From: Emiliania huxleyi CCMP1516
Taxonomy: Eukaryota
Length of the DNA stretch: 64,000 nucleotides
Reading direction: 5' to 3'
Assembly: GCF_000372725.1 (NCBI RefSeq)
Contig: NW_005201144.1
Span: 186,001-250,000 of the forward strand
A program made the position numbers and the translations under genes. The notes beneath the pieces were generated by a model that saw only the letters and a list, made by a program, of their open reading frames with translations, made no database searches and was not told the origin of the DNA. Below, piece by piece: positions 12,132 through 23,165 of the stretch; position 1 is the first letter of the stretch; each line of letters opens with the position of its first letter.

Positions 12132-12452
12132 CGTGCTGGGAGTTGTGTCGTGCCTCCTCTTGCGAAGGGACCGCTTGACTCCGATGGCCAGGGGGAGGTA
12201 CTCGAAGGCGTCGCCCGGCCGCGCGAGTAGGACGGTCGGGCGGTGCGCCGGGTGCAGGCGCGAGAATGCGTCCGAAGGGTCGCGCGTCCGGTTGAGGAGG
12301 CCGTTCAGCCGGTCGAATGCCGTGCCATCCACGCCGTGCAGAATGATCTGCTCCGCCTCAAAGCAGACGTTACTCACGGAGACGCACTTCTGCGGCGAGC
12401 GAACCGCACCGGCGCAGTGAGGACTTGAGTTTCCGGCCAGCATTCTCTGCAT
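10917..12452 (-). CDS. Glycosyltransferase family 61-like (DUF563) protein, 2 exons
   Basis: NVCF...; NRTGRRRLLDLEALV...; ADSDVMVTPHGADMVNAFALHRGSSVLEVMP is the GT61 PHGA..N signature. The GC-AG intron 12153-12013, containing (CA)n/(CGCA)n, restores the frame (RKRR|HFLSRH). Confidence 0.8.
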
Positions 12453-12460
12453 TCTGCAGC

Positions 12461-12548
12461 CGCCATTCGAAAAGAATTTTACAAACTCACTCGCACGACA
12501 CTAGAATTTTACAACTAAACTCCCTCGCACGCCATTCGAAAAGAATTT
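12461..12548 (-). mobile_element. Two tandem family A 3' termini inside a 19-bp TSD
   Basis: CGCCATTCGAAAAGAATTT at 12461-12479 and 12530-12548. The interior is two copies of (GTGCGAG..GAGTTT..GTAAAATTCT) on the minus strand. Confidence 0.75.
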
Positions 12549-12593
12549 GAGAACGCGGCGGTCGCACAGCACGATTCGCGCGACAGGCAAGGC

Positions 12594-12720
12594 GGGCGAC
12601 GGCTTCCTCAGAAGCCGTCGCCCCCACCACAGGAGCAGTCACACGACTCCCCTCCGGCGCCCACCCCACCCCACCCCGACATCCCCACCCCACAACCCCC
12701 CCACCCCGACCCGACCCTGA
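12594..12720 (-). repeat. G-tract array plus perfect 13-bp hairpin repeat (copy 1)
   Basis: GGGCGACGGCTTC-N4-GAAGCCGTCGCCC next to GGGTC/GGGGT runs. A second copy lies at 19858-19990. Confidence 0.75.
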
Positions 12721-12929
12721 TTCGCCTAAGATGCCGACCACGAAAAGAGTGCCTCCTCACATACAAAAGCACAACCCCGGCCCGAGAACGTACAGAGACA
12801 GTCACGCACCTCCTTCTCACACAACACTGGGCACGACACTAACACCGTGGAGGTACCGGCAACGGTGCTAGAACCAAGACCACCTCTCTTGGTGAAATGC
12901 TCTGAGTGGGAGTCAGAAGAGAGAGAATT

Positions 12930-13023
<94 letters not shown>

Positions 13024-13150
13024 AGCAACACAAAATAACTCTAGCACTCGCACATCATTTGGGGCCTTCTCTATACCTAGCACTCACACATCAACATATA
13101 TGGTTAGATGGGGCCTGGAGCCCTGTTCACGCCGCGCGCGAGACGCAGAC
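12930..13150 (-). mobile_element. Family B LINE 3' end with long (TC)n tail
   Basis: About 90 bp of (GA)n followed by TTAGCAACAC..AACTCTAGCACTC..TTTGGGGCC..TGGAGCCCTGTTCACG, matching 19995-20075. Confidence 0.75.
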
Positions 13151-13449
13151 AGCGACAAACTCGAGGGGCCAAATTACGCTGTGAGGAGAGATGAGTTACC
13201 CCGAAAGGCGAGGGTAGCCGCGCTAGAGCAAGAGGGCGCGTGGTCAAATCGTTCGGTTCCGGCCGGGGGTAACCACGCGATCCTCGGAAAGGTGCGGCGA
13301 ATGTGGTCCTGAACAAACTAGAGAGCACAAACCCACTCGCAGCATGATGATTTACTGCACACTCTTTTGAAACATGTGGCGGGGCGGCCGCCCCGCCGTC
13401 ATGCCAACACCCAACACGCAACAGGAGAGTGAGGTGCTCCGGGTGTTGG

Positions 13450-14633
13450 AGATGCGAGGGTCGCCCCCCCCCCCTTGCCCCACCACTTTGTGTGTGTGGA
13501 GAAATTTACCCGTTACCTTAGCTTAACCAGGTGTGAGGAAAGCAGAGATCGTAAGTAACAATCCTAACGTAAGTTTCTCCAGGACCCCAGAAAGACTTAG
13601 AGATATACCATCCCGCGGCGGGCGTTACGCGTGTCGAGCGAGAGGCACTTGGCAGCGGGCTGCTCGGCTCAGCTGACAGCAAAACAGTATCGAGGCGGGG
13701 CCACAACTCAGGTGGGTTGTTTGTTGTAACTAAGTACGACCGAGGTGGTTCGCCGGCTCCATTCGCACAGCCATGCCCCACGCGGCGCGTAGGGCGAGGA
13801 TGAGGCGCTGAAGAGTGTACTAGTGTTTGATGTTGTGGCCCTGCTGCGGAACGTTGACAGCAGCGTCGCCAAACTCGTCGAGTCGTCGTGGTACTTCTTG
13901 TTAGTTGTTTTGAGTCTTCTTACCCACCGACACGGCCTGGCAAGCCACGTCGAGGGGGAGACCCAGGCGGCGCTGCACCGAGATCCGCATCGCCCAAGTC
14001 TCCATTCGCATGTCATCCCGCATGGGGATGGCGTTGAGGAAGGCGCCGGCGCCGTCTTGGCTCACCGCCACGAAGCGGACCGCCTCCCGCCAAGCCGCAT
14101 GCTTCGCCCGCTCCCTGCCCTTGGCCTGCGCCTTGCCCTTCTTGCCGCGAGGAGCAGACCGCGATCCCGCGGATCCCTCCTTGGCGAGCTCCACGGCGAG
14201 GTCGCGCCAGTTCCTGTTGTGGACCACCGTCGTGAAGCGCCGCTGCGCCTGGTGTAGGAACTCGTTCTTGGACGTGAACTCGGCGAGGGGCAGCAGCTCT
14301 TGTCCGGGACGAGAGTATGCGGCCGGAAGCGCGAGAGCGCCACCCTCGTAGCCGGCTCCGGCGGCCGCGCGGAGGCGCGCAGCTTCTCGCCCTCGTCGGG
14401 CTCGTCCCACGGCTCCACCTCGACGTCCGGGGGCCTGCCTGTCATACCGTCAACCAGGTCAAAGTACTCCGCTTTCGTCTTGGCTTCCCACTCCCCCCAC
14501 GAAGCCGACCCGTGATCTTGCCGTGCTCCTCCAGTCCTCCTTGAGCTTCCTTGGCGTGCGCCTAAGGTAAGGTAAGGTAAACGTCTCCACACACACAAAG
14601 TGGTGGGGCAAGGGGGGGCGACCCTCGCATCTC
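13450..14633. repeat. Inverted pair of family D ends (13450-13520 +, 14563-14633 -) with (CCTTA)n tails
   Basis: GAGATGCGAGGGTCGCCCCCCCTTGCCCCACCACTTTGTGTGTGTGGAGA..TTACCTTA. A third copy lies at 57750-57830 (-). Confidence 0.8.
13700..14560 (-). mobile_element. Decayed CRE-like LINE fragment (post-RT region, family C)
   Basis: AVRFVAVSQDGAGAFLNAIP...MRISVQRRLGLPL...(D)EFGD follows the R2/CRE-type 'RL.S....AG.WL..P...RLG' pattern, with frameshifts and stops. Confidence 0.65.
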
Positions 14634-15147
14634 ACGCCTCCCGCAGCTCGTCGAAGTCGGAACCCTGCGCCTCGCTATCGAGAAAAGAATTCAAAAAATC
14701 ACTCTCTCTCTCTCACACAGAGAAAAATTACCGCGAAAAAGAAAAAAGGCAAAGGGGCGTCCGGCCATGTGGTGCGCTGGTGGCCAGAGAACCGCCAGGG
14801 GAAAAAGAAAATCTCGGCCTCTCAGCCGGCGCCGCTCTCGCTGCCGCGCCTCAAAGACGACACGGCGGAACAAAAAGCGAATTTGGGAGGCTGACGGAGC
14901 AGCTGAAGCGACCAGAGTGTTCGGCGTTGGTGTGCAGCAAGTCGACCCGACATTGCTTCAGCCTTCACTTCATGCCGCCACATAAGTCATATAACCAGTA
15001 CCACCCCAACGCCGACAGACAGAAGCCAAAAGAAACACAGACAATTCCAATGTTCCGAGAGCTGCGCGTACAGTGTAGTGCCAGCTAGTGCGTGTCGCGA
15101 CGGGGCCTCACCGTCCGCCCACACCGCACACGGCACTGGGCATTCAC

Positions 15148-15770
15148 CTAGCCAAAGATGTTGACCAGCAAATTGTCGACCTGCTGGATCAGCGGGCCGC
15201 TCGGCTCAAGGCCGAGGGCGGCGTGCGCGTCGGCCACCACTTTCATGATCCCGCCGCCGCCCGTGGGCAGGGTGAGAGCCTCCCGGATTCGCTTCACCTT
15301 GCTGGGGAGCGACTCGACCGCCGCAGCCGGAGGCGCGGCGGCGGCGGGCGCAGCGGCGGCGGCGGCTGCCGCCTCTTCCTGTGCCCGCATCGCTGCCGCC
15401 ATTTCCTGCGCCCGGGTCACCGCCGCCGCCGTCTCTGCCGCCTCTTGTGCAGCCGCCGCCGCAGCCGCCGCCTCCCGGCTCGCCTCCTCCGCCGCCGCCG
15501 CCGCCTCGGACTCGCGCGCCTCAGCCTCCCGCGCGACTGCCACCGCCCGCGCCACCGCCGCTCGCGCGGCCGCCGCCGCCGCTCGCGCCTCCGCCTCCAA
15601 CGCCTTTGCCGCCTCCTCCCGCGCCGCGGCCGCCCGCGCAGCTCGCGCCGCCTCACGCGCCACCTCCGCCTGGCGCGAGGCGCCGTACGCCGGCTCGCCA
15701 GAGTCGCCTCCGTCGGAGGGGGCCGCCGGGGACGGCGCGGGGAGCGCCGATCCCGCAGCCGGAGCCCACA

Positions 15771-15814
<44 letters not shown>

Positions 15815-18800
15815 GGCGGTGGTGGCGGAGATGGCTCCGCCTCGTGTGCCCGCCGCGTGGCTGGGGGCGGCGCGCTGAGGTCGCCGCTGAGACGGAGCAT
15901 CTCCGACGCCGCCGCGTCCATGTCGCCGCCGCTGGCGTCGAGGGCTGCGAGGCACTCGAGCCGCGGCGCGTGTGTCGCCCTGTGGAGCGCCTCGACCTGC
16001 TGGCGCAGCCGCGGCCGCAGCGCGAGCAGGCTCCGCCGCGCCTCGGGCTCCGAGGCGGAGGAGCGCAGGTCCTCGACGCGCGTGGCGATCCACGCCGCGC
16101 ACTCGTCCGCCTGGTGGTCGGTCGCCGCCGAGAGGAGGATCTTCTGGCTCTCTTCGCCAGACCGGCCGGGGACGGCGTCGCCCACCTGGACCAGCGCCCC
16201 GCTGTCCTCGGTCATCTTGTTGACCGCCTCGCCCTTCTTGCCAATCAGCCCGCCCACCAGCCCCACAGGGACGCTCACGCTGCGCTCGACGCGCCTTGCC
16301 CTCGCCGCCGACGGAGAGGGCTCCGCCGACGCGGGCGCTCGCGGCGGCTCGAGGTCGTACTTGGCGACTCGGCGCTCGATGTTGCCCCGGACGTGCTTCA
16401 GCGAGCAAAGCCCGCCGGTCCTGTCTTGGTACCTGCAGACGCCCGTGTAGAAGTAGTCGGCGCAGAGGCCCTTCCGATCGAGCTCGGCCTGGCTTGGCGG
16501 CACGACGCCCTTGGCGGCGCGCGCGTCGCAGCAGAGGCGGGAGAGGCAAGCCTTCCGGGAGAAGACCCAGTTGCCGCAGTCGGCGCACTGCCAGTCTCCC
16601 TCCTCGAGCGGGTAGATGCCGAGCGGCACGCGCGGCCGCAGGTCGAGGACCGCCTTGCCTGCGGTGCCGTCGGCGGCCGGCGCGAGAGGGAGAAAGGCCA
16701 CGTACTGCTCCGACGGCACGCTCGACCCGCGCGTCTTGAAGCGCGCCGCGCGGAACGACGCGATCGACTCGTCGATGAAGGACTGGGCGAATCGCGCCAC
16801 CGCCTCGACCTGCGGCGCCGTGCCGCGCGCGCGCATGAGCGGCGAGCTGTCGCGGGTGGACGCGCCGACGGCGAGCGGCGCGCAAGCGCCCGACATGTGC
16901 CCGTCGCGCTTGCGCAGCCGGTCAAAGGAGAGGTCGCGGCAGCCGCTCTCCTGGCGCAGCTTCTCCTCGCGCAGCATCAGCGTGCCGACCTGGCACTCGG
17001 TGAGCATGACCTCGAGCGACGTCCAGGGGGAGGCGGGGGAGGAGGCGGAGGCGGAGGAGGCGGAGGAGGGAGGGGCCGCTGCCGTGCCCTGCGCCGCGGG
17101 CGAGTCCTCCTCCGCCGCGCGGCGAACGTGGTCGCGCCACTCCGCCTCCTCCATCCGGGCGCCTCCCGCCTGCCAAGCGCTCCGCACGGCCTCGCGCGAC
17201 TTGGTCACGTACGCCATGCGCACGCTCAGCGGGTCGGACCCGCAGATCACGTGCGGAGACCGCCGGATGGCGGCGGCCTGCGCCTCGGGCGTGGCGAAGG
17301 TGACGAACCCGAACCCCTGCTCGAGCCCCGTCCCCTTGTCGAGCGGCACGTACACGTCGAGGAGGGGCCCAAATTGCTTGAAGTAGCCTCGCAGCGCGGG
17401 GTACGGCCTCTTGCGGAAGGCCGCATCGGAGGGGAGGTATGCGTTCTTGCCATCCACCGGCGCGGCGCCAACGATGATGCGGTACTCGGCGACGTCTTCG
17501 GAGGCGGAGGCGGGCGCGGCGGAGGCGGGCGCGGCGGAGGCGGGTCCCGCGGATGCCGCGGTAGCAGCGGTAGCAGCGGGCGGTGCGGCCTGGTTACTCA
17601 CGACGACGACCGTGGCCTTGCCGAGTGCTTGGTTGACGTGCTGCAGGCCGAGCTGGGAGGCGGCGGCGTGCACCGCGGCGCGCTCGGCGGGGGTGTAGCT
17701 CTGCGGGAAGGTGTGCGAGGCCACGGCGCCCGACGCGATGCGCCGCAGCCGCGCCTGGATGTGCTCCCGCACGTCTGCGTCAACGGGCGCGTGCCTGTGG
17801 GCCGAAAAAGAGCCGAGATCGAGCCGAGATGGGGGGGAGCGGGGCTTGAGGGCTCGTGTCGCGGGCCTCCGCCCGGCGCGCTCTTCCCGGCCGCCGCCGC
17901 GCGCACCCGCCTCCTCTGGCGCGCCGCCGCTCCCGCGCTCGCCCTGCGCCTTGGCGCCCGCCTCGGTGGCCGAGGGGGCGGCGGCCGGGTCGCAAGCGCG
18001 GTCGTCGGTAGGGTCTCCACCAGGACGCTCGGCCACCATGCAGCCCTCGACTGTGGAGGGGGCGTGGGGCGCGGCGGTGGCCGCGACCGCCTCACGCTCC
18101 TCCTCCGCCTCCGCCTCGGCTGCCCTTGCCTCCTCCGCCTCCGCCTCGGCTGCCCTTGCCTCCTCCGGCTCCGCCTCGGCTGCCCTTGCCTCCTCCGGCT
18201 CCGCCTCGGCTGCCTTTGCCTCTGCCGCCTCCGCCTCGGCTGCCGCCCTCGCCTCTGCCGCCTCTGCCGCCTCTGCCGCCTCTGCCGCCGCCTTCTCCGC
18301 CTTCTCCGCCCGGCGAGCGTCGAGCAGCGCCTTGCGCTCCGCCTCGCGCCTTGCCCTCTCCTTCTCCTTCTCCGCCTTCTCCTTCTCCTTGGCGGCGAGC
18401 TTGACACGGCGCGCCTCCCGCCGCGCCGCCTGACGAGCTCGAGGGGCGGCACGGTCACCACCACGCTGCATCCTGGCTACATCTCGGCGATCTCTCAAGC
18501 CCTCGCACCTCGCCCTGCGCGTCTGACTCCTGCAGCGCGCGCAGCGCCGCCTGCTCCTTTTGGGCGCGCAGCCGCGCCTCCGAAGCTCGCCGCTCCTGCT
18601 CCGACTCGGCCGGCTCGGCCCTCTCGGCGTCTTCCTCCTGCTCGTCGCCTGGCTCGCGCGACTCGCGCGGACGCCGCTCTCCGCCCGCCGCCTCGTCGGG
18701 AAGGGGGCTGAAGACGCCTCCGCACGCGCACGCGCAGAGCTCCCGCAGCGTGGAGGCGTGCTTCGGACCCCACATCTCGGCGGTGAGCTTCTTGGCCAGC

Positions 18801-19372
18801 TTGGTGGGCACGCGCCCGTCATGGCCCGTGTCGTACGTGTTGCCCTTCGTCGTGATGAGCCGCAGCCCGCGGCCCTCGAGCCGCTCGTAGCAGGCGGCGT
18901 GCAGCACGCCCGCCCCGCACCCGTCGCAGGAGGTGGGGACCGCCTCGCCCTCCGGCACGGGCTGCGTGCAGACCAGGCAGCCCGTTGCGACCGCGCCCTG
19001 GGAGGAGCGCGCATCGACGATGGGCCTGAAGAAGCCCGCGCCGCAGCGGCAGCGGCACGACGATCGGTACAGCTCATATTTTGTCGTCCAGAGCTGCTTG
19101 ATCAGCGCCGCGTCGCCGTGGTCGCTGGCCTGCCGAAGCCCGCGCCGCATCGAGGTGAGGAGCGAGCTCTCAAGCTTCTCGAAGCACGGAGCGTGCAGGG
19201 CGAGCGCGGTGTCGCAGGAGGGATTCGTGCACTCGGCCTTGACCCACGCGCCCGTGTCCGTCTTGGAGCCGTCCTGCACGTAGCAGTGCGGGAGGCAGCA
19301 GCGGGAGCCGAGCTTGTGGGCGAGCTCGGCCGCCTCGGCGGCCTTCTTCTTTGAGGGCTTGGCCCCGCTCAT
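15148..19372 (-). CDS. ~1381-aa protein: 2x Headcase-N-like Cys/His domain, coiled coil, R3H, RRM, KH-like, RanBP2 ZnF, CCCH ZnF, KH, UBA-like, poly-Pro
   Basis: Exon 1 is 19372-18509, followed by a phase-0 GT-AG intron (18508-18430) and exon 2 (18429-15148). Motifs: ERAAVH (R3H), FKQFGPLLDVYVPLDKGTGLEQGFGFVTF (RRM), GDWQCADCGNWVF (RanBP2), CADYFYTGVCRY..CSLKH (CCCH), VGGLIGKKGEAV (KH GxxG), LECLAALDASGGDMDAA (UBA-like). Confidence 0.85.
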
Positions 19373-19606
19373 CAGGACGATGCGGGCGGGGGACGGAGGT
19401 CTAATGAGGCGAGGAGCAAGCGACAAACGACTCGCGCCCAACCACAGGGTTCCAACTTTTTCCGGGGTATGGTATGGTGACGTGGGGGGGGTATGGTCCT
19501 GACCGCCCAAGGCTAGCCCTCGACAGGGGTGGGGGGGTATGGTACTTTAGCGCGCGGGGACGGCCAGCGCGGCGCCTGCTGGTGCATGACGATCGGCTGG
19601 CGACCC

Positions 19607-19688
19607 GCTACACAGCAAAACTACGAGCATGGTAACGGGGGCTCGTTACGGGCCCGTACACGGCATGCTCGTAGTTTTGCTGTGTGGC
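19607..19688. other. 82-bp foldback (21-bp perfect stem, 25 with one G:T)
   Basis: CACAGCAAAACTACGAGCATG ... CATGCTCGTAGTTTTGCTGTG. The loop contains GTAACG/CGTTAC and ACGGGCCCGT. Confidence 0.9.
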
Positions 19689-19702
19689 GCTCAATAAAGC
19701 GT

Positions 19703-19815
19703 GGTTAGGCGGCTCCGGTGGTGAGCCGGTGTGTGTGCCAGTCCGCGCCAGTCTGCGCCCTTGTCGTGCCAGTGTGCTGTGAGAGAGGCTTGTATTTTAA
19801 GAATTCTTTCTTTCT
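19703..19815 (+). mobile_element. Family A 3'UTR
   Basis: TTAGGCGGCTCCGGTGGTG...GTGCCAGTCCGCGCCAGT...AAGAATTCTTT matches 5040-5070, 38654-38697 and 7903-7970. Confidence 0.75.
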
Positions 19816-19857
19816 GCACTGGGGGGCGGAGCCGGGAGCGGCTCGCGGGTTAGTCCG

Positions 19858-19990
19858 GTGGGGGGCGGGGCGGGGCGGGGCGGGGTGGATCGGGTCGGGT
19901 CGGGTTGGGGCGGGGTTGCTCGGGTCGGGCTCCTGTGGTGCGGGCGACGGCTTCTGAGGAAGCCGTCGCCCGCGCCTCGCCTGTCGCGTG
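19858..19990 (+). repeat. G-tract array plus 13-bp hairpin repeat (copy 2)
   Basis: (GGGGC/GGGTC)n, then CTCCTGTGGTG-CGGGCGACGGCTTCTGAGGAAGCCGTCGCCCG. Confidence 0.75.
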
Positions 19991-19994
19991 ATCC

Positions 19995-21665
19995 GAGAGA
20001 GAGAGAGATTTTTAGCAATACCAAACAACTCTAACACTCACACGTAATTTGGGGCCTGGAGCCCTGTTCACGCGCGCGCGAGACGTGCAGACAGGGTTGC
20101 CAGGTGAGAGCGAATGGCGCGGTTCACGCCTCGCACAACAGAGAGAGAGATGCGCTCTGCATGGTGGGACATAAAAGAGAGCGAGTACTTGGGCGAGTAG
20201 GCCGTGCGGTCAACGCTGCCGCGCGCGACTTTGCGCGCGAGGCGGCGCAGCTTGAGAACGGCGGTGGGCGAGAAGCCGCCGCCGAACGTCTCGTGGAGCA
20301 GCAGGTTGAAGTTGTTGCGCTTGACAAAGATCGCGTCGTGGTAGAAACCGCGATGCGCCTTGACGTAGCCGTGGCCGGTCTTGTGGGAGAAGGGTTGGCT
20401 GGGCTGCCCGCGCGCCTTGCAGCCCATGTTCAGGCGGCGGGCCTTCTCCTCGGTGTTGCCGAAGGCGTAGGAGTGGCCAACGGAGGCGGGCGTGCCGCCA
20501 CTCGAGGCGTTGCCAACGCCCGGCGAGGAGGTCTTGAGGAGGGGCGTCCAGAGCTTGACTTCATTCACCTCATCGCATCCTCCTGGCCCCGCATGGGGTT
20601 CTGCGAGGTCAGTCTTGTACCCCTCATTGTACTGCCGGGTGAGCTCTGGTTTCTCCTTGTCACCGTGCACGACCGGCGCGTTGGCCGGGGCGCGCATCGC
20701 GTCCGCCCAGGCGGCGAGGACGCCGTCGTGGGGCCGCCGGTGGTGGGCCTTGTTGTAAAGGTAGTCGCCGAAGAAATCGACTGGCATGCCCCGCTCGAGC
20801 GCGACCCGTAGGGTGGGAAGCGCCGCGGAGAGCCAAAGGCCGAGCTTCCGCTGGAGCTCGTCCTGGAGGATGTCGGAGGAGAGGGCGGTGGCGTACGTAC
20901 CGTCGACACGGACATCGAAGGCCTTGCCGGCGAAAGGCGTTGAGGCGGAGACGAGGCGCGCGGCTTCGCGGTTGTTGACGGCGCTGTCTCCGAGGGACGG
21001 GTTGTTCTTGACGTGCACATCCCGCGCCTTGACGAGCTCCTGGTGCGCGAACCAGTCCTTGTGATTCTTGATGGCAGCGAGCGCCCGCGGCCGCGGGTAC
21101 GTGGATTTGCAAGTGCCATTGAGAATCGCGTCGGTAGCTGGAAGGGACTCGGGCTCGGGGAGCGGGACGCTCTTGGGGTAGAACTCAGTCAGGTAGCCGC
21201 CGCGGACGGTGTAGTACTTGTTTTTGTCGCGGGCGGTGCGCTTCTCGCACACCTCCTTCCAGTCCGAGAGGGCGGACTCGTAGGTGGCGATAGCTGCGGC
21301 GATGGCGGGGTACTTGGACGCACCTGCCTCGTCGAGGGCGAAGTCGGGGTTGTGGGCGACGAGGGTGCGCCAGTTCTTGAGGAGCGACATGGAGAAGTCG
21401 CTGTCGGCTCGCGAGAAGGCGGTGTCGATGTTGCACCCGCCCATCTCGGTCGGCAGCTGTGCCTGGAGCCACGCGAGGTCGCGGAGCGCTTGGGGCGAGG
21501 CGTCGGCGCGAGCAATGCTCTCAAAGGACTTGCGGATGCGGTTGTGCGCAAACTCGAGAGCCTCGCACGCGACATTGGGCGGCGTGATGCCGGCAATGTA
21601 CTTGGTCTTTGCGCAGGCAAAGTTGTGTTTTGTGATCCGTGAATCGTGTCGTGCGACCGCCATTT
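19995..21665 (-). mobile_element. 5'-truncated CRE-like non-LTR retrotransposon (family B) with restriction-like endonuclease
   Basis: Open ORF to 20068: WLQAQLPTEMGGCNI (thumb), AARLVSAS..FAG, QRKLGL, DFFGDY..HRRPHDGV, YKTDL..EVNEVK (PD-(D/E)xK-like), LLLHETFGGG, ERISLSVVRG. The short 3'UTR ends in (TC)n. The RT core is absent. Confidence 0.8.
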
Positions 21666-21792
21666 GTTGTAAAATTCTTGTTGCAAAAGAATTCTGAGGA
21701 TCACCGAGGATCTGAGTCATGTGTGTATATCCTCCCATCCCTCGTTGGCGGTCTGTTTTTTCTTTCTTTCTTTTTCATGTGTGTGTGTGTAT

Positions 21793-22699
21793 ATGCTGCG
21801 ACGTGTCGGAATCGCCGCCTCGGTCGCCGCGGCCGGCGCCGCCACGCTCCAGAGACGCGCGGCTGAGTCGCACGCCGCGGCGCCGGCGCCCGAGTCGCTC
21901 GCTGCTCAGCGACCGCCCTCCGTTGTACGAGTGGCGCCACTCGACGACCCGCCCGATGTAACGCTCGAATACTTTGCGCTCCGCGGCCTCGGCGAGCTGC
22001 CGCGGCTCATCCTCGAGCTGACGGGTATCCCGTACGACAGCGTGTACCACTTCGGCACGGGCGTGTACAAGCCGTACGCGCCATTCGGCCAGTTACCGGT
22101 GCTTCGCGATGGGCCGCTGCTCATCTGCGAGAGCGGCGCCATCGCGCGGCACCTCGCGAGGAAGGCGTGCATCGACGGCGGCGACGCGGCGGACAAGGCG
22201 CGCGTCGACATGTTCTTCGAGCTCGCCAAGGACCTGACGTCCATAAAGTCAGGCATCCACGACCCCGCGTCGGCGGACGGGAAGCGGCTCGCGGCGATGC
22301 TGGCCACCGCCGAGGCGAACTGCGGCGGGGCGCACTTTGTCGGCAGCTCGACCACCCTCGCCGACGTCGCCCTCTTCCACGCGCTGCACACCTTTGACGA
22401 GGCGCGGCGGCGCCGCACCCGCAGGCCGCCACCGTGGGCCCCTGGACAAAGGTGTTGCCCGCCCACCCCGCCGGCAGGTGGCGCCCGGCTCGCTCGAGCC
22501 GTACCCCAAGCTCAAGGCATTCGTCAAGAAGTTTGCCGCGCAGCCAGCCATCGCCGAGTACCTGCACAGCGACCGGCGCGTGCCGCTGACGGCCAACGAA
22601 GACGGCAAGCAGCCGCACTCTGGGCTGCCGGGCTACAAGTTCAAGGAGCCGCTGCGGCCGGGCACGTACGCGACGCCCTGGTCTCCGCCCGGCGCGTGA
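21793..22699 (+). CDS. Glutathione S-transferase (Tyr-type, sigma/alpha-like), 2 exons, possible mitochondrial presequence
   Basis: LEYFALRGLGELPRLIL, PFGQLPVL..ESGAIARHLARK, TLADVALF, YPKLKAF. GC-AG intron 22402-22477. Confidence 0.9.
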
Positions 22700-22867
22700 G
22701 AGGAGAGCCGCTCTCCTTGCTACGCCGCTGGCACATGCCCACAATGAGAATGGTTTTAGCCTCGAGTACGTAAGGGGCCCTAAAAGGCAAAGTCGGGTGG
22801 GGGGTCGCGGTCGGGCTGGCGGCTGGCGCGGCGCGCGGCGCGCGGGAAAGCGCCCCCCTGAGCCCTG

Positions 22868-23165
22868 GCTGTCAGGCTGTCAGGTGCTGTCAGGTGATCT
22901 GTCGGGCTGTCGGGCACTGTCAGGCACTGTCAGGTGCCTCTGTCAGACCAAGCTGTCAGGTGTGCTGTCAGTGCTGTCAGGTGCTGTCGGGTGCGTGTCT
23001 GACAGGCGAGGTGATCTGTAGCTGTCGGGTGCTGTCGGAGCTGTCGGGTGTTGCTGTCAGACGCTGTCGGAGCTGTCAGAGCTGTCAGGCTGCTGCTGCT
23101 GTCAGACGTTGGGCTGTTGCTGTCAGGTGCTGTCACAGGTGGTGCTGTCGGGGTGCTGTCAGGCT
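22868..23165 (+). repeat. Degenerate tandem array of GCTGTC(A/G)G motifs
   Basis: About 25 copies of CTGTCAG/CTGTCGG at ~10-nt spacing. A short copy lies at 23620-23652. Confidence 0.85.

Noticed and set aside
12930..13020. (TC)n as the target site of family B
   Set aside because: The nested copy at 27330 sits in a site whose other copy (48630) lacks GA repeats, so it is a tail.
15088..18711. 1207-aa + strand ORF
   Set aside because: Arg/Gly-rich antisense shadow of the real minus-strand gene; stop codons are scarce at this GC content.
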